Of a stretch of DNA of 64,000 bases, positions 46,834 through 55,397 are shown in pieces. The stretch's first letter is position 1. Every line of letters begins with the position of its first letter. The position numbers and the translations under genes are program-made. Location of the stretch: contig CAMATL010000004.1 of the NCBI GenBank assembly GCA_945861145.1, forward strand, positions 8,264 to 72,263. The letters run 5' to 3'. The notes under the pieces are model-generated. The model ran no database searches, was not told the DNA's origin, and worked only from the letters and a program-made list of their open reading frames with translations. This DNA is from a candidate division TM6 bacterium GW2011_GWF2_37_49 (lineage in GTDB: Bacteria; Babelota; Babeliae; Babelales; RVW-14).

Positions 46834-47067
46834 TTATTCAAGAATTTCAAGCACGGCGCGCTTGTTTTCCTTGGAGGCAGCTGCATGCACTAGAGTGCGA
46901 ATTGAGCGAGCTGTTCTGCCTTCTTTACCAATCACTTTGCCTAAATCATCAGGAGAAACGCGCAATTCAATAATGGTTGCTTGCTCTCCATTGATCTCGT
47001 TTACCGAAACACTTTCTGGCTTGTCAACGAGCTTTCTGACGATGTGTTCAACAAGTTCTTTAAGCAT
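46834..47067 (-). CDS. KH-domain RNA-binding protein (YlqC/UPF0109 type)
   Basis: MLKELVEHIVRKLVDKPESVSV...LGKVIGKEGRTARSIRTL; lies between rpsP and trmD. Confidence 0.88.
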   Translation of the reverse strand: MLKELVEHIVRKLVDKPESVSVNEINGEQATIIELRVSPDDLGKVIGKEGRTARSIRTLVHAAASKENKRAVLEILE

Positions 47068-47152
47068 TGCATTCTCCACATGAGCCATCTTGTACAACAA
47101 TAATCATGCTTGGTTAAAAGCGTGCATGGTATTTTTTTATCAAGAAAGGCAT

Positions 47153-47401
47153 TTAAGCAGCGCTAGCTTTCTTGTTCATTTTGAACAATTTTTCTACTGT
47201 ATCGCTACAGATTGCGCCTTTAGAGACCCAATCACTGATACGTTCAGCATGGAATTGAACGAGTTGCTTGTTGATTGGATTGTAGGTGCCAAGATTTTCT
47301 AGAAATGCACCATCACGTTTTTTGCGTGAATCGATGGCAACAATACGCCAGATAGGGGTATTTTTTTTACCAATGCGACTCAACCGTATCTTCACAGCCA
47401 T
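47153..47401 (-). CDS. rpsP: 30S ribosomal protein S16
   Basis: MAVKIRLSRIGKKNTPIWRIVAIDSRKKRDG...; start set at the ATG at 47401. Confidence 0.95.
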   Translation of the reverse strand: MAVKIRLSRIGKKNTPIWRIVAIDSRKKRDGAFLENLGTYNPINKQLVQFHAERISDWVSKGAICSDTVEKLFKMNKKASAA

Positions 47402-47570
47402 TTGAAGTTCCCTTTCTTTGTACAATTGGTCACGCGCTTAATCGTGGTTCGATACATTTTTTGTTTCACAAAAAACACTCACCATGAGCAGAGCGAGTTT
47501 ATGTATGTAATTTAGACTTTCACAGAAATAAAAACAGGATTAAGTATACAACGGATTTATTCTTATTCAA

Positions 47571-48902
47571 CTATTTAAAAAACTTACGCATCATGCCACT
47601 TTTCTTAAACATCTTCATCATTTCTTTGCTTTGTTCGAAGCGTTGTAAGAGCTGATTGACTTCCTGCACGGTAACGCCTGAACCAGCAGCAATGCGGCGG
47701 CGGCGTGAGGCATCAATGATGCTTGGTACAAGCTTTTCTTTCTTTGTCATGGAAGAAATGATGGCGCGAAAGCGCTTCATTTCAGATTGTCCTTTTTCCA
47801 TGACTTCTGGGGATAAATTGTTCATGCCTGGAAGGTAGCGGGTAATTTTTTGTAGCGATCCTAAGCGATCAAGCATGCCCATTTGGTCTGCAAAATCTTT
47901 CAGTGTGAAATGCCCGCCAAGCATTTTTTGCGTCATTGATACTTGTTCTTGTTCGCTTATCTGGTCGGTAGCTTTTTCGATCAGCGTCATGATATCGCCC
48001 ATGCCAAGAATACGGGTCGTCATGCGTTCTGGGATAAAAGCTTCTAAATCTTCTGGTTTTTCACCAATGCCAACAAATACAATTGGTTTTTTTAGTACGT
48101 ATCTAAAGCCAAATGCAGCACCGCCTCGCGTGTCACTATCCATCTTGGAAAGTGCCGCATAATCAAAGCCGATTGCAGCGTCAAATGCTTTGGCTACGGT
48201 CAATGATTCTTGTCCTGTCATGGCATCAAGAATCAGGAATTTATATTTAGGCTGTACTTTGGCGGTGATAATCTTGAGCTCTTCCATCATCGTGGTGTCG
48301 ATATGCAAGCGGCCTGCAGTGTCGAGTAGAAGGTGTTCAAAATTATTTTGTTTGAAATGTTCATGGATTTCTTGTGCTGCTTTGACAGGATCTGTGCTGG
48401 TTGCGCGGTAAAACGTGGCGCCGACTTGTTTAGCTAAAATTTCAAGCTGGTCGATAGCTGCAGGGCGATAAAAGTCGACAGAGCCAAGCAAAATGCGCCG
48501 AGACTTGCCGCGTTTTTTTGCTTGATCTTGCATGTAGTAAGCAAGCTTGGCGATAGTGGTTGTTTTACCTGAGCCTTGCAAGCCCATAACCATGATTACT
48601 GAAGGAATTTGAAAGCTAATTGAGGGGGTTGTGTTTTTGCCGCCTAAAAAATCTAAAACTTTATCATGGACTACTTTAATGAGTTGTTGTCCAGGGTTGA
48701 GGCTGTCATGAATTTTGCGGCCAATCATTTCCTGTTGTACTTGTGCTAAAAAGTCTTCAACTACTTCGAGTGGGACGTCAGCTTCAAGTAATGCAGTGCG
48801 TACTTGAGTTGTAGCGTCGCGCAGATTTTCGTCGGTGAGGCGGCCTTTATCTTTGAGCCAACCGAGTACACCAGAGAATTTTTCAGACAGAAAATTGAAC
48901 AT
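47571..48902 (-). CDS. ffh: signal recognition particle protein Ffh
   Basis: 443 aa, GLQGSGKTTT, DTAGR, Met-rich C-terminal domain. Confidence 0.97.
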   Translation of the reverse strand: MFNFLSEKFSGVLGWLKDKGRLTDENLRDATTQVRTALLEADVPLEVVEDFLAQVQQEMIGRKIHDSLNPGQQLIKVVHDKVLDFLGGKNTTPSISFQIPSVIMVMGLQGSGKTTTIAKLAYYMQDQAKKRGKSRRILLGSVDFYRPAAIDQLEILAKQVGATFYRATSTDPVKAAQEIHEHFKQNNFEHLLLDTAGRLHIDTTMMEELKIITAKVQPKYKFLILDAMTGQESLTVAKAFDAAIGFDYAALSKMDSDTRGGAAFGFRYVLKKPIVFVGIGEKPEDLEAFIPERMTTRILGMGDIMTLIEKATDQISEQEQVSMTQKMLGGHFTLKDFADQMGMLDRLGSLQKITRYLPGMNNLSPEVMEKGQSEMKRFRAIISSMTKKEKLVPSIIDASRRRRIAAGSGVTVQEVNQLLQRFEQSKEMMKMFKKSGMMRKFFK

Positions 48903-48969
48903 GAGCCTGTTCCTTGGTAAAGAAAATCCCGTTCATTTGATAAATAAAATTAAACGCATGTAGCCCTGT

Positions 48970-49197
48970 TCACCAAATTTCTTTGGGCGCGAAGCAGAAA
49001 AGCTTATTTGCGTATAAAAACGACTCTAGTTTACACCGAGTGTTAAAAATCGCATTAAAAAAATAAGGGTTGTATTTTGAAGCATACACGGATTCGCCGT
49101 TGTTATGAGCATCTAATCGTTGATTAACATTTTGAGAATAACCAACATAGGTTTTTTTGGGGTAATTGATTGATCGTAAGATGTATACATAGAACAT
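48970..49197 (-). CDS. small GIY-YIG (URI) nuclease-family protein, possibly degenerate at the C-terminus
   Basis: MFYVYILRSINYPKKTYVGYSQNVNQRLDAHNNGESVYASKY matches the GIY-YIG core. After a T7 run the sequence no longer resembles the family. The track ORF's first 10 codons cover a hairpin after tRNA-Phe. Confidence 0.6.
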   Translation of the reverse strand: MFYVYILRSINYPKKTYVGYSQNVNQRLDAHNNGESVYASKYNPYFFNAIFNTRCKLESFLYANKLFCFAPKEIW

Positions 49198-49259
49198 AGA
49201 AAAAAGTCCTTCAGGATGGCCTGCCATCCGTAGCTACAAGCGTAGCGAAGAGCGAAGGA

Positions 49260-49335
49260 TGGTGCCGGGAGACGGAGTTGAACCGACGACACAAAGATTT
49301 TCAGTCTTCTGCTCTACCACCTGAGCTATCCCGGC
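49260..49335 (-). tRNA. tRNA-Phe (anticodon GAA), CCA encoded
   Basis: The reverse complement reads gccgggatagctcaggtggtagagcagaagactGAAaatctttgtgtcgtcggttcaactccgtctcccggcacca, a standard cloverleaf. Confidence 0.95.
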
Positions 49336-49482
49336 AATGATGAGATCAATGTTTCAAAGGAAAATAATTGATGTGAATAATCATACAAAGGTCGCTCATA
49401 ATTGTCAACTAAGAAATAGTTTGTCACATCGGTCAATTCATATGATAAACTATCACTTTAACAGCAAAACTTTATACGAAAG

Positions 49483-50427
49483 TTGATAGCAATGGTAAGG
49501 CGAATTTTATTATTTTACAAGTACGTAAATATTAATAATGTACAAGAAGTTTGTGATTGGATGAAGGCGACGTGTACGGGGCTTGATCTTAAGGGGCGGG
49601 TAATACTTGCCACAGAGGGTATCAACGCGACACTTGCTGGCAGTGTTGAAGCGACAACGTTATTTGTAAAAATAATGGAAGCTCATCCTCTTTTCAAAAA
49701 AATTGATTTCAAAGACTCAATTGAAGATTCAACTCATGAATACTTTCCACGGCTGCGCGTTGTTGTTAAAAATGAAATAGTCCGTATGGATATAGATCCT
49801 AGCCATGTTACCGTGCAAGATACAGGCAAGCACCTTACGCCTGAACAAACACATAAACTTTTGACTAACAAGCCTGAAGATTTAGTAGTGCTTGATGGTA
49901 GGAACTACTATGAAGCTCGAGTAGGGCATTTTGAAGGTGCAATCAAACCAGAGATTCAATATTTTCGGCAATTTCCCGAGTATATAGATCAAAATCTTGA
50001 GCTGTTTAAAGACAAGCAAGTCTTAATGTATTGCACGGGTGGCATACGCTGTGAGCGCGCTTCTGCGTACCTCAAGCTTAAGGGTGTGGCTAAAGAAGTC
50101 TTTCAAATCAAGGGTGGTATTCACCGCTATGTTGAAAAGTTCCCCAATGGATTTTTTCGTGGCAAAAATTATGTGTTTGATGATCGCATTGAAGTTGGCA
50201 TCAATAATGATGTAGTTGGTACTTGCGACCTGTGCCAGGTATCATATGATTCATACACCAATTGCCTAAATGCGCAATGCAATAAGCACTTTATTTGTTG
50301 TCCTGAATGTATGCAAAAATTTGCTGAAACGTGTAGTGCAGAGTGCCAACAGCTTGTCGCTGATGGTAAAGTGCCGGTGCGCCCACCGTTGCGCATCACC
50401 AAGCGAGATTTTTGTTTAGCAGTGTAA
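49483..50427 (+). CDS. trhO: rhodanese-domain tRNA uridine(34) hydroxylase TrhO (YceA/UPF0176)
   Basis: 314 aa, ...GRVILATEGINATLAGS..., active-site CTGGIRCE, Cys-rich C-terminus. Confidence 0.88.
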   Translation: MIAMVRRILLFYKYVNINNVQEVCDWMKATCTGLDLKGRVILATEGINATLAGSVEATTLFVKIMEAHPLFKKIDFKDSIEDSTHEYFPRLRVVVKNEIVRMDIDPSHVTVQDTGKHLTPEQTHKLLTNKPEDLVVLDGRNYYEARVGHFEGAIKPEIQYFRQFPEYIDQNLELFKDKQVLMYCTGGIRCERASAYLKLKGVAKEVFQIKGGIHRYVEKFPNGFFRGKNYVFDDRIEVGINNDVVGTCDLCQVSYDSYTNCLNAQCNKHFICCPECMQKFAETCSAECQQLVADGKVPVRPPLRITKRDFCLAV

Positions 50428-50452
50428 AGAAATTAATTTATAAAACATTTTA

Positions 50453-50479
50453 AGAGCCAGGGACTCCCTGGCTCTTTTT
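50453..50479 (+). terminator. rho-independent terminator after trhO
   Basis: agagccagg-gactc-cctggctct followed by tttt. Confidence 0.8.
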
Positions 50480-50556
50480 GCGTTTAATTGTTCGTCAGAG
50501 GCTTCGGTTCTACCCTGAGTATGTTGTATTAATAATAAAAAAGTGGGGGGAGTCGT

Positions 50557-51873
50557 ATGACGCCAGTTCAAGAGTGTGATGTATTACCTAATGGCTTGTG
50601 TAAACACAGAAGCGAACGTAAGGGAAGTTTTTTTAAAAAATTAGGACCCGGCTTTATTACTGGAGCTTCAGATGATGATCCGTCAGGTCTGGCTACCTAT
50701 GCACAAGCAGGGGCTCAAGTAGGCAAAAATATATTATGGTTTGCTCCATGGACATTGCCCTTGATGATTAGCGTGCAAGAGATGGCTGGTCGCATAGGGT
50801 TAATGACTCAAGGTGGTTTGACTAGGGCGCTTCTCAAAAAATTTTCGCGAGCGAGCGTCTATTTTATGGTTGCGTGCCTTGTGATTGCCAACACCATCAA
50901 CATCGGTGCGGACATTGCCGGGATGGCGGAATCAGTACAAATGACGACAGGTGTCCCTTTTGTATGGTCGGCAATTATTTTGTCGATTGGGATGTTGTTT
51001 TTACAGATTTATCTTCCTTATAAAAAATATGTAACCGTTCTTAAATGGTGCGCAATAAGTCTTTTGAGCTATTTAATTGCAGCATTTACTGTAAACATGG
51101 GGTGGGGAACTATTGCATGGCATGCATTGATTCCACATATCGATATGCACAGTAATGATTTTTGGTATATCTCTACAGCAATTTTAGGCACGACGATTAG
51201 TCCGTATCTTCTTTTTTGGCAGACTAGCCAAGAAATTGAAGAAAAGCGTGTTCGTGATTGCCGTGAAGGCAACATCGGCTATGCCATCAAAGAATGCGAA
51301 ATCAAAAGTATGCGAGAAGAAACCATGCTTGGGATGGCATTCTCAAATACGATTATGTTTTTTGTGATGGCGGTAACTGCCGCAGTGTTGCATGGTAAGG
51401 GCGCTAGTAACAACATAAATTCGATGGTAGAAGCTGCAGCTGCGTTGAAACCATTGGCCGGCGATTTTGCAGCATGGCTTTTTGCAGCCGGTATTATTGG
51501 TACTGGTCTTTTGACGGTGCCTGTACTTGCTGGTTCATCAGCGTACGCCATGGCAGAGCTTTTTGGCTGGCGTCAGGGGCTGCATCTGCAGTGGCATGAA
51601 GCGCGTAAATTTTATGGAGTAATTGCAGCATCAACTGTCATCGGCCTTGCATTAAATGCTTTAGGCATCAATGCGGTGGATTTTCTTCTCTGGTCTGCAA
51701 TCATTAACGGTTGTGTAACGCCAATCATCATCGTTGGTATGATTGCTGTGGCAAATGATGGTGCGTTGCTTGGTAAGTTTAAAAACTCTTGGTTATCCAA
51801 AACGGGCGCTTGGATTACTTTCTTGGTATTCGTAGCGTCAATTGTTGGATTTTTAGTTACTTACAAAAAATAA
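50557..51873 (+). CDS. NRAMP-superfamily transporter, atypical subgroup
   Basis: 438 aa, multi-TM, GPGFITGASDDDPSGLATYAQAG. The canonical DPGN and MPHN motifs are replaced by DPSG and ISPY. Confidence 0.8.
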   Translation: MTPVQECDVLPNGLCKHRSERKGSFFKKLGPGFITGASDDDPSGLATYAQAGAQVGKNILWFAPWTLPLMISVQEMAGRIGLMTQGGLTRALLKKFSRASVYFMVACLVIANTINIGADIAGMAESVQMTTGVPFVWSAIILSIGMLFLQIYLPYKKYVTVLKWCAISLLSYLIAAFTVNMGWGTIAWHALIPHIDMHSNDFWYISTAILGTTISPYLLFWQTSQEIEEKRVRDCREGNIGYAIKECEIKSMREETMLGMAFSNTIMFFVMAVTAAVLHGKGASNNINSMVEAAAALKPLAGDFAAWLFAAGIIGTGLLTVPVLAGSSAYAMAELFGWRQGLHLQWHEARKFYGVIAASTVIGLALNALGINAVDFLLWSAIINGCVTPIIIVGMIAVANDGALLGKFKNSWLSKTGAWITFLVFVASIVGFLVTYKK

Positions 51874-51892
51874 GTTATTTTTAACTTAGAAT

Positions 51893-51927
51893 GAAGAAGG
51901 GGCGAAAGTTAATCTCGCCCCTTCTTC
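51893..51927. terminator. bidirectional stem-loop between convergent NRAMP-like and sod genes
   Basis: gaagaaggggcga (51893-51905) pairs with tcgccccttcttc (51915-51927). Confidence 0.7.
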
Positions 51928-51929
51928 AT

Positions 51930-52682
51930 TTATATCGTGCTAGCTTTTTTATACACAGCTTCAACTTCTTGCCAGTTGACTAGGTGCCACCAAGCATCAA
52001 TATAATCAACACGTTTATTTTGAAATTTGAGATAGTAAGCATGTTCCCACACATCAAGTCCAAGCAATGGGCGTAGCCCTTGTGCTAGCGGATTGTCTTG
52101 ATTTGGCGTTGCGACTACAACCAAATTATCTTTCTGATCCAAGCATAACCATGCCCAGCCGCTGCCAAAAACGGTGCGTGCAGCTTTATCAAACGCTTCC
52201 TTAAATTTATCAAAAGAGCCAAATGCAATATCAATTTTTTGAGCGATTATAGCCGTAGGTTGTTGATCAAATGTTGTTGATAAAATCTGCCAAAACATGC
52301 TGTGGTTATAATGTCCGCCACCATGATTTTGTACTACCATTTTAAGATCAGCTGGCAGTGCGTGTTGGTCGATGATGAGCTCTTCAATCGTGTAGGATTG
52401 GTACTGGGGATATGCTTCTAGCGCTTTGTTTAAATTATCGATGTAGGCCTGATGATGTTTTTGGTGATGCACTGTCATCGTTGCTTTATCAAAATGAGGC
52501 TCAAGCGCTTCGTATGCATAAGGTAGTGCTGGCAATGTGTATGGATAACGTAGCTGTGTAAAAAGGTAAGGTACTAATTTTTTCATGGAGGTCTTTCGAG
52601 ACATAACATAAACAAATAACCCCGCGCTTGCGGCGAGTGTTAGGAGTAGTATAAAAAATTTTTTATACAAGGGAATCACCAA
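51930..52682 (-). CDS. sodA: Fe/Mn superoxide dismutase with N-terminal hydrophobic extension
   Basis: 250 aa, HHQKHHQAY and DVWEHAYY motifs. About 45 extra N-terminal residues include FFILLLTLAASAGLFVYVM. Metal specificity cannot be determined from sequence alone. Confidence 0.9.
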   Translation of the reverse strand: MVIPLYKKFFILLLTLAASAGLFVYVMSRKTSMKKLVPYLFTQLRYPYTLPALPYAYEALEPHFDKATMTVHHQKHHQAYIDNLNKALEAYPQYQSYTIEELIIDQHALPADLKMVVQNHGGGHYNHSMFWQILSTTFDQQPTAIIAQKIDIAFGSFDKFKEAFDKAARTVFGSGWAWLCLDQKDNLVVVATPNQDNPLAQGLRPLLGLDVWEHAYYLKFQNKRVDYIDAWWHLVNWQEVEAVYKKASTI

Positions 52683-52741
52683 TGCTTTTTTTATGCGGCA
52701 GCCGTTTAAATAATAGAACGCACTTCAATATTGAATCTCCA

Positions 52742-52783
52742 TCTAAAAAAACACATCCATGTATCAACGAATATATCAATCTG
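52742..52783. repeat. about 42 bp segment shared with the transposase remnant at 36436-36477
   Basis: tctaaaaaaacacatccatgtatcaacgaatatatcaatctg versus tctaaaaacacccatccatgtatcaacgaatatattaacctg. Confidence 0.7.
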
Positions 52784-52892
52784 GTAGAAACTTTCGCTCG
52801 CTTTTAAGAGTACTGCAGTAGATGCCGTTAAGGTTACCATAGTGCAGAGAAGCAACATCCCCAACGCGTAACGCAAGCTCATACACTCTCTG

Positions 52893-52943
52893 CTAAAAAA
52901 AGTCAACAGAGGCTGGTTTATGGTACTTAAACCAGCCTCTGTT
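52893..52943 (-). terminator. rho-independent terminator after the beta-helix gene
   Basis: 16 bp stem aacagaggctggttta/taaaccagcctctgtt, with T7 four nt downstream on the minus strand. Confidence 0.8.
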
Positions 52944-52956
52944 AAACAAGTGTTAT

Positions 52957-54606
52957 TTATGCAATTGCTATTTGAGTAATTGAAATATTAGACCATGTTG
53001 GGGTTATTAAGTTTTGTGCGATTATATTAGAAAGATCAAGTTCTTTGATTTGGTTATATGAATGCATTCCGGCATCCGTATAAGTGAAAAAATAATTCAT
53101 GGATCCAGAGTCACTTAAAAATGCTGACGCTGCGCTATTAAGCGTTTGGCCATGTGCAAAAGAAATATTACCTCGGATCAAGGCTGTAGAATTATTGGCG
53201 AAATCCTTAAAGCCGTAGGCTCCGCCTGTACCAATATTTGCGAGCATGGTGTTGTATTGGATAGTGCTTTTTATGCAGGTGCGCAGTAGAGCTATACCAT
53301 AACTTTTGGTGCTTGCAATGTTACCATTGGCCTCGCATGCTTGAATGGTTGAGCTTGTTGCACCAAGTAGCGTAAAACCGTATGAGGCACCTTTGGTAGC
53401 AGTATTGCCAATTGACTTGCAGGCTTTAAAAAAACCACTAGAGCAGGTTGTTGTTAAATCAATACCAGATTGAAAGCCATAAGTGGCTCGAGAGGCGCCG
53501 CCATTGCCTATGGCTAAGCAGGTTTGAAAGAAATTGCTATGTGATGAGCTTAATTGAAAACCACTTGTAGTGCCACCGCCAAGATTGCCTTTTGCTTCGC
53601 AGTTGGTGAAAGAATTGCTGTTAGAGCCTTCAGCTAATCTAAAGCCATACGTGGTGCTTGTTGCTATGGTTGATAGGCCGTTATTTGCAATACAATTTGA
53701 AAAGGTGCTGCCTGTTGACCCTGCAAGATCTATTCCTGCAACCACTATCGATGTACCGAGGCTTCCAGTTGAGCTGCTGCGAAGAGCTTTAACGCTATCA
53801 CACATAACGCCCGCACAAGCGCTTAGATAAATTGCTTTTGCAATGCCTGTGGCAGCAGTAGTGTTACAGACTTGAATATTACTCATAGTGAGATTATTGC
53901 ATGCCGCGGCATAAATGCCGTATGCCGGCACTGCACTAGGTGCAGTAGTTTTGTTAAAGGTCGAATCTATGATAGAGATGTCGCTGCATGAAGTTAACAC
54001 AAGCCCTCGAGCCATGCTTGTGTTAGCAGGATTTGTTTGAGATCCATTGTTGTATAAATGCACATTATTTAAAACAACACCGGTGACTGTATTCAAATTT
54101 ATGCCTTCAGTGGCACAGTTAACAACGTGCACATTATCAATAAACAGATTAGTAAGGTTGGTGTTGGCTTTGATTCCTGTGGTTGTACTAACTAAGGTGC
54201 TTTTGCCATTAATGGTACCATTCATGATGGTAATGTTGCTTAAACCCGTGGCAATTTCGATTGCGGAGCTATTTTTTTGATTGGTAGAAGTTGAAAGTGT
54301 TATTGTTTTGCCGCCAAGATCAAGTACAACATCAGAAGTGTTAATGTAAATGCATGCAAGATTGGAGCGAGCAGGTGCAGCCATTAAATCAGTTGATAAA
54401 AAATAGCGACCAGAGGTGCTGATAACAAATTGGCCATTAGAGGCAGTTGATGCCGAACTAAGCGATGAAGATGTAATTGAAAACACTGTTGTACCAACGG
54501 AGTGTGTGGGTTGGTAAATTTTTGACACATTGCCATTATCAGTTGCACCAAGAAATGACACTCCTAAAAATCCAGATAAAAGAGTTAACCAAAAACGTAT
54601 TGCCAT
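52957..54606 (-). CDS. secreted right-handed parallel beta-helix repeat protein
   Basis: 549 aa, signal peptide MAIRFWLTLLSGFLGVSFLG. Iterated roughly 22-24 aa units such as TYGFRLAEGSNSNSFTNCEAKGN, TSGFQLSSSHSNFFQTCLAIGN and SYGFTLLGATSSTIQACEANGN. Confidence 0.7.
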   Translation of the reverse strand: MAIRFWLTLLSGFLGVSFLGATDNGNVSKIYQPTHSVGTTVFSITSSSLSSASTASNGQFVISTSGRYFLSTDLMAAPARSNLACIYINTSDVVLDLGGKTITLSTSTNQKNSSAIEIATGLSNITIMNGTINGKSTLVSTTTGIKANTNLTNLFIDNVHVVNCATEGINLNTVTGVVLNNVHLYNNGSQTNPANTSMARGLVLTSCSDISIIDSTFNKTTAPSAVPAYGIYAAACNNLTMSNIQVCNTTAATGIAKAIYLSACAGVMCDSVKALRSSSTGSLGTSIVVAGIDLAGSTGSTFSNCIANNGLSTIATSTTYGFRLAEGSNSNSFTNCEAKGNLGGGTTSGFQLSSSHSNFFQTCLAIGNGGASRATYGFQSGIDLTTTCSSGFFKACKSIGNTATKGASYGFTLLGATSSTIQACEANGNIASTKSYGIALLRTCIKSTIQYNTMLANIGTGGAYGFKDFANNSTALIRGNISFAHGQTLNSAASAFLSDSGSMNYFFTYTDAGMHSYNQIKELDLSNIIAQNLITPTWSNISITQIAIA

Positions 54607-54822
54607 AGCGTTTCCTATATTTTTTTCTTAAAAAGTGAGCTGTTTATAAAAATTTATGGCATTGCATGAACAAAAAGCCACCAAATATTCAAGGCGGGCA
54701 TTAAAGTGCCCGCCCGCAATATTTTTACGTTGTGCTAATTTCTGATGATAATACGGAAAATTCTAAAATGAAGTGCCGCAAAGGCCCTGATATAATTCAG
54801 GGCAAGTAGAAAAGGTGTCGCC

Positions 54823-55214
54823 ATGGAATTTTACAAGCAATTGAGCTTAGAAGAAAGAAATGAGTTGTTCGTGATGAGGCGTAGTGGTACAAGGGTTAAG
54901 GACATGGCTATGATTATGGGCAGGCACAAATCAACGTTTTATCGAGAATTTGCTCGAAATACACTTGATAATCGGATTAGCTATCTTCCGGATTGTGCTG
55001 CCAGTAAAGCAAAAAAGGGAAAGTATGTGCTCATTCCACCAAGAAAACCGTGCCCGTTATGCAAAATATTTTTAATGTGCTGGCATCGGTACCAGCTCTG
55101 GCTCGAAAGTATATAATATTTGACAACGGAACAAAGTTTGCAAGGCACACATTGTTGAAGTATTAAATGAAGATAGATACATTGTTTTGTGATCCAAGTT
55201 GCCCTTGGCAAAAG
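54823..55214 (+). mobile_element. IS30-family transposase gene remnant, 5' part (internally deleted, with stops)
   Basis: HTH-like LSLEERNELFVMRRSGTRVKDMAMIMGRHKSTFYREFARN. In another frame, FDNGTKFARH ... FCDPSCPWQK. It ends abruptly at 55214. Confidence 0.75.
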
Positions 55215-55397
55215 TGACAGGTAGCGAAAACTAACACAATGTTGCAGGGACTTTATTTGCAGGCACTTTTTTATTCTTTAAAAATATCAAAGTTGTTTTT
55301 ATAAAAAATAAAAAAACAAGGGCTTACCTTATTTAAAAGGCCGTGTATATTTCGCATCAGGAAGTTAATTTTTACTGTTGCGAAAGGGTCTCTAGTT

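Noticed and set aside
52706-52906. The 66 aa ORF between the sod gene and the beta-helix gene.
   Set aside because: It contains the IS-related 42 bp fragment read in a different frame from the transposase remnant and overlaps the beta-helix gene terminator. It is most likely non-coding debris.
54693-54714. The GC-rich hairpin ggcgggca-ttaaag-tgcccgcc between the divergent beta-helix and IS30 remnant starts.
   Set aside because: It could be an orphan terminator or the edge of the decayed IS. No gene ends there and it has no repeat partner in the window, so I cannot assign a role.
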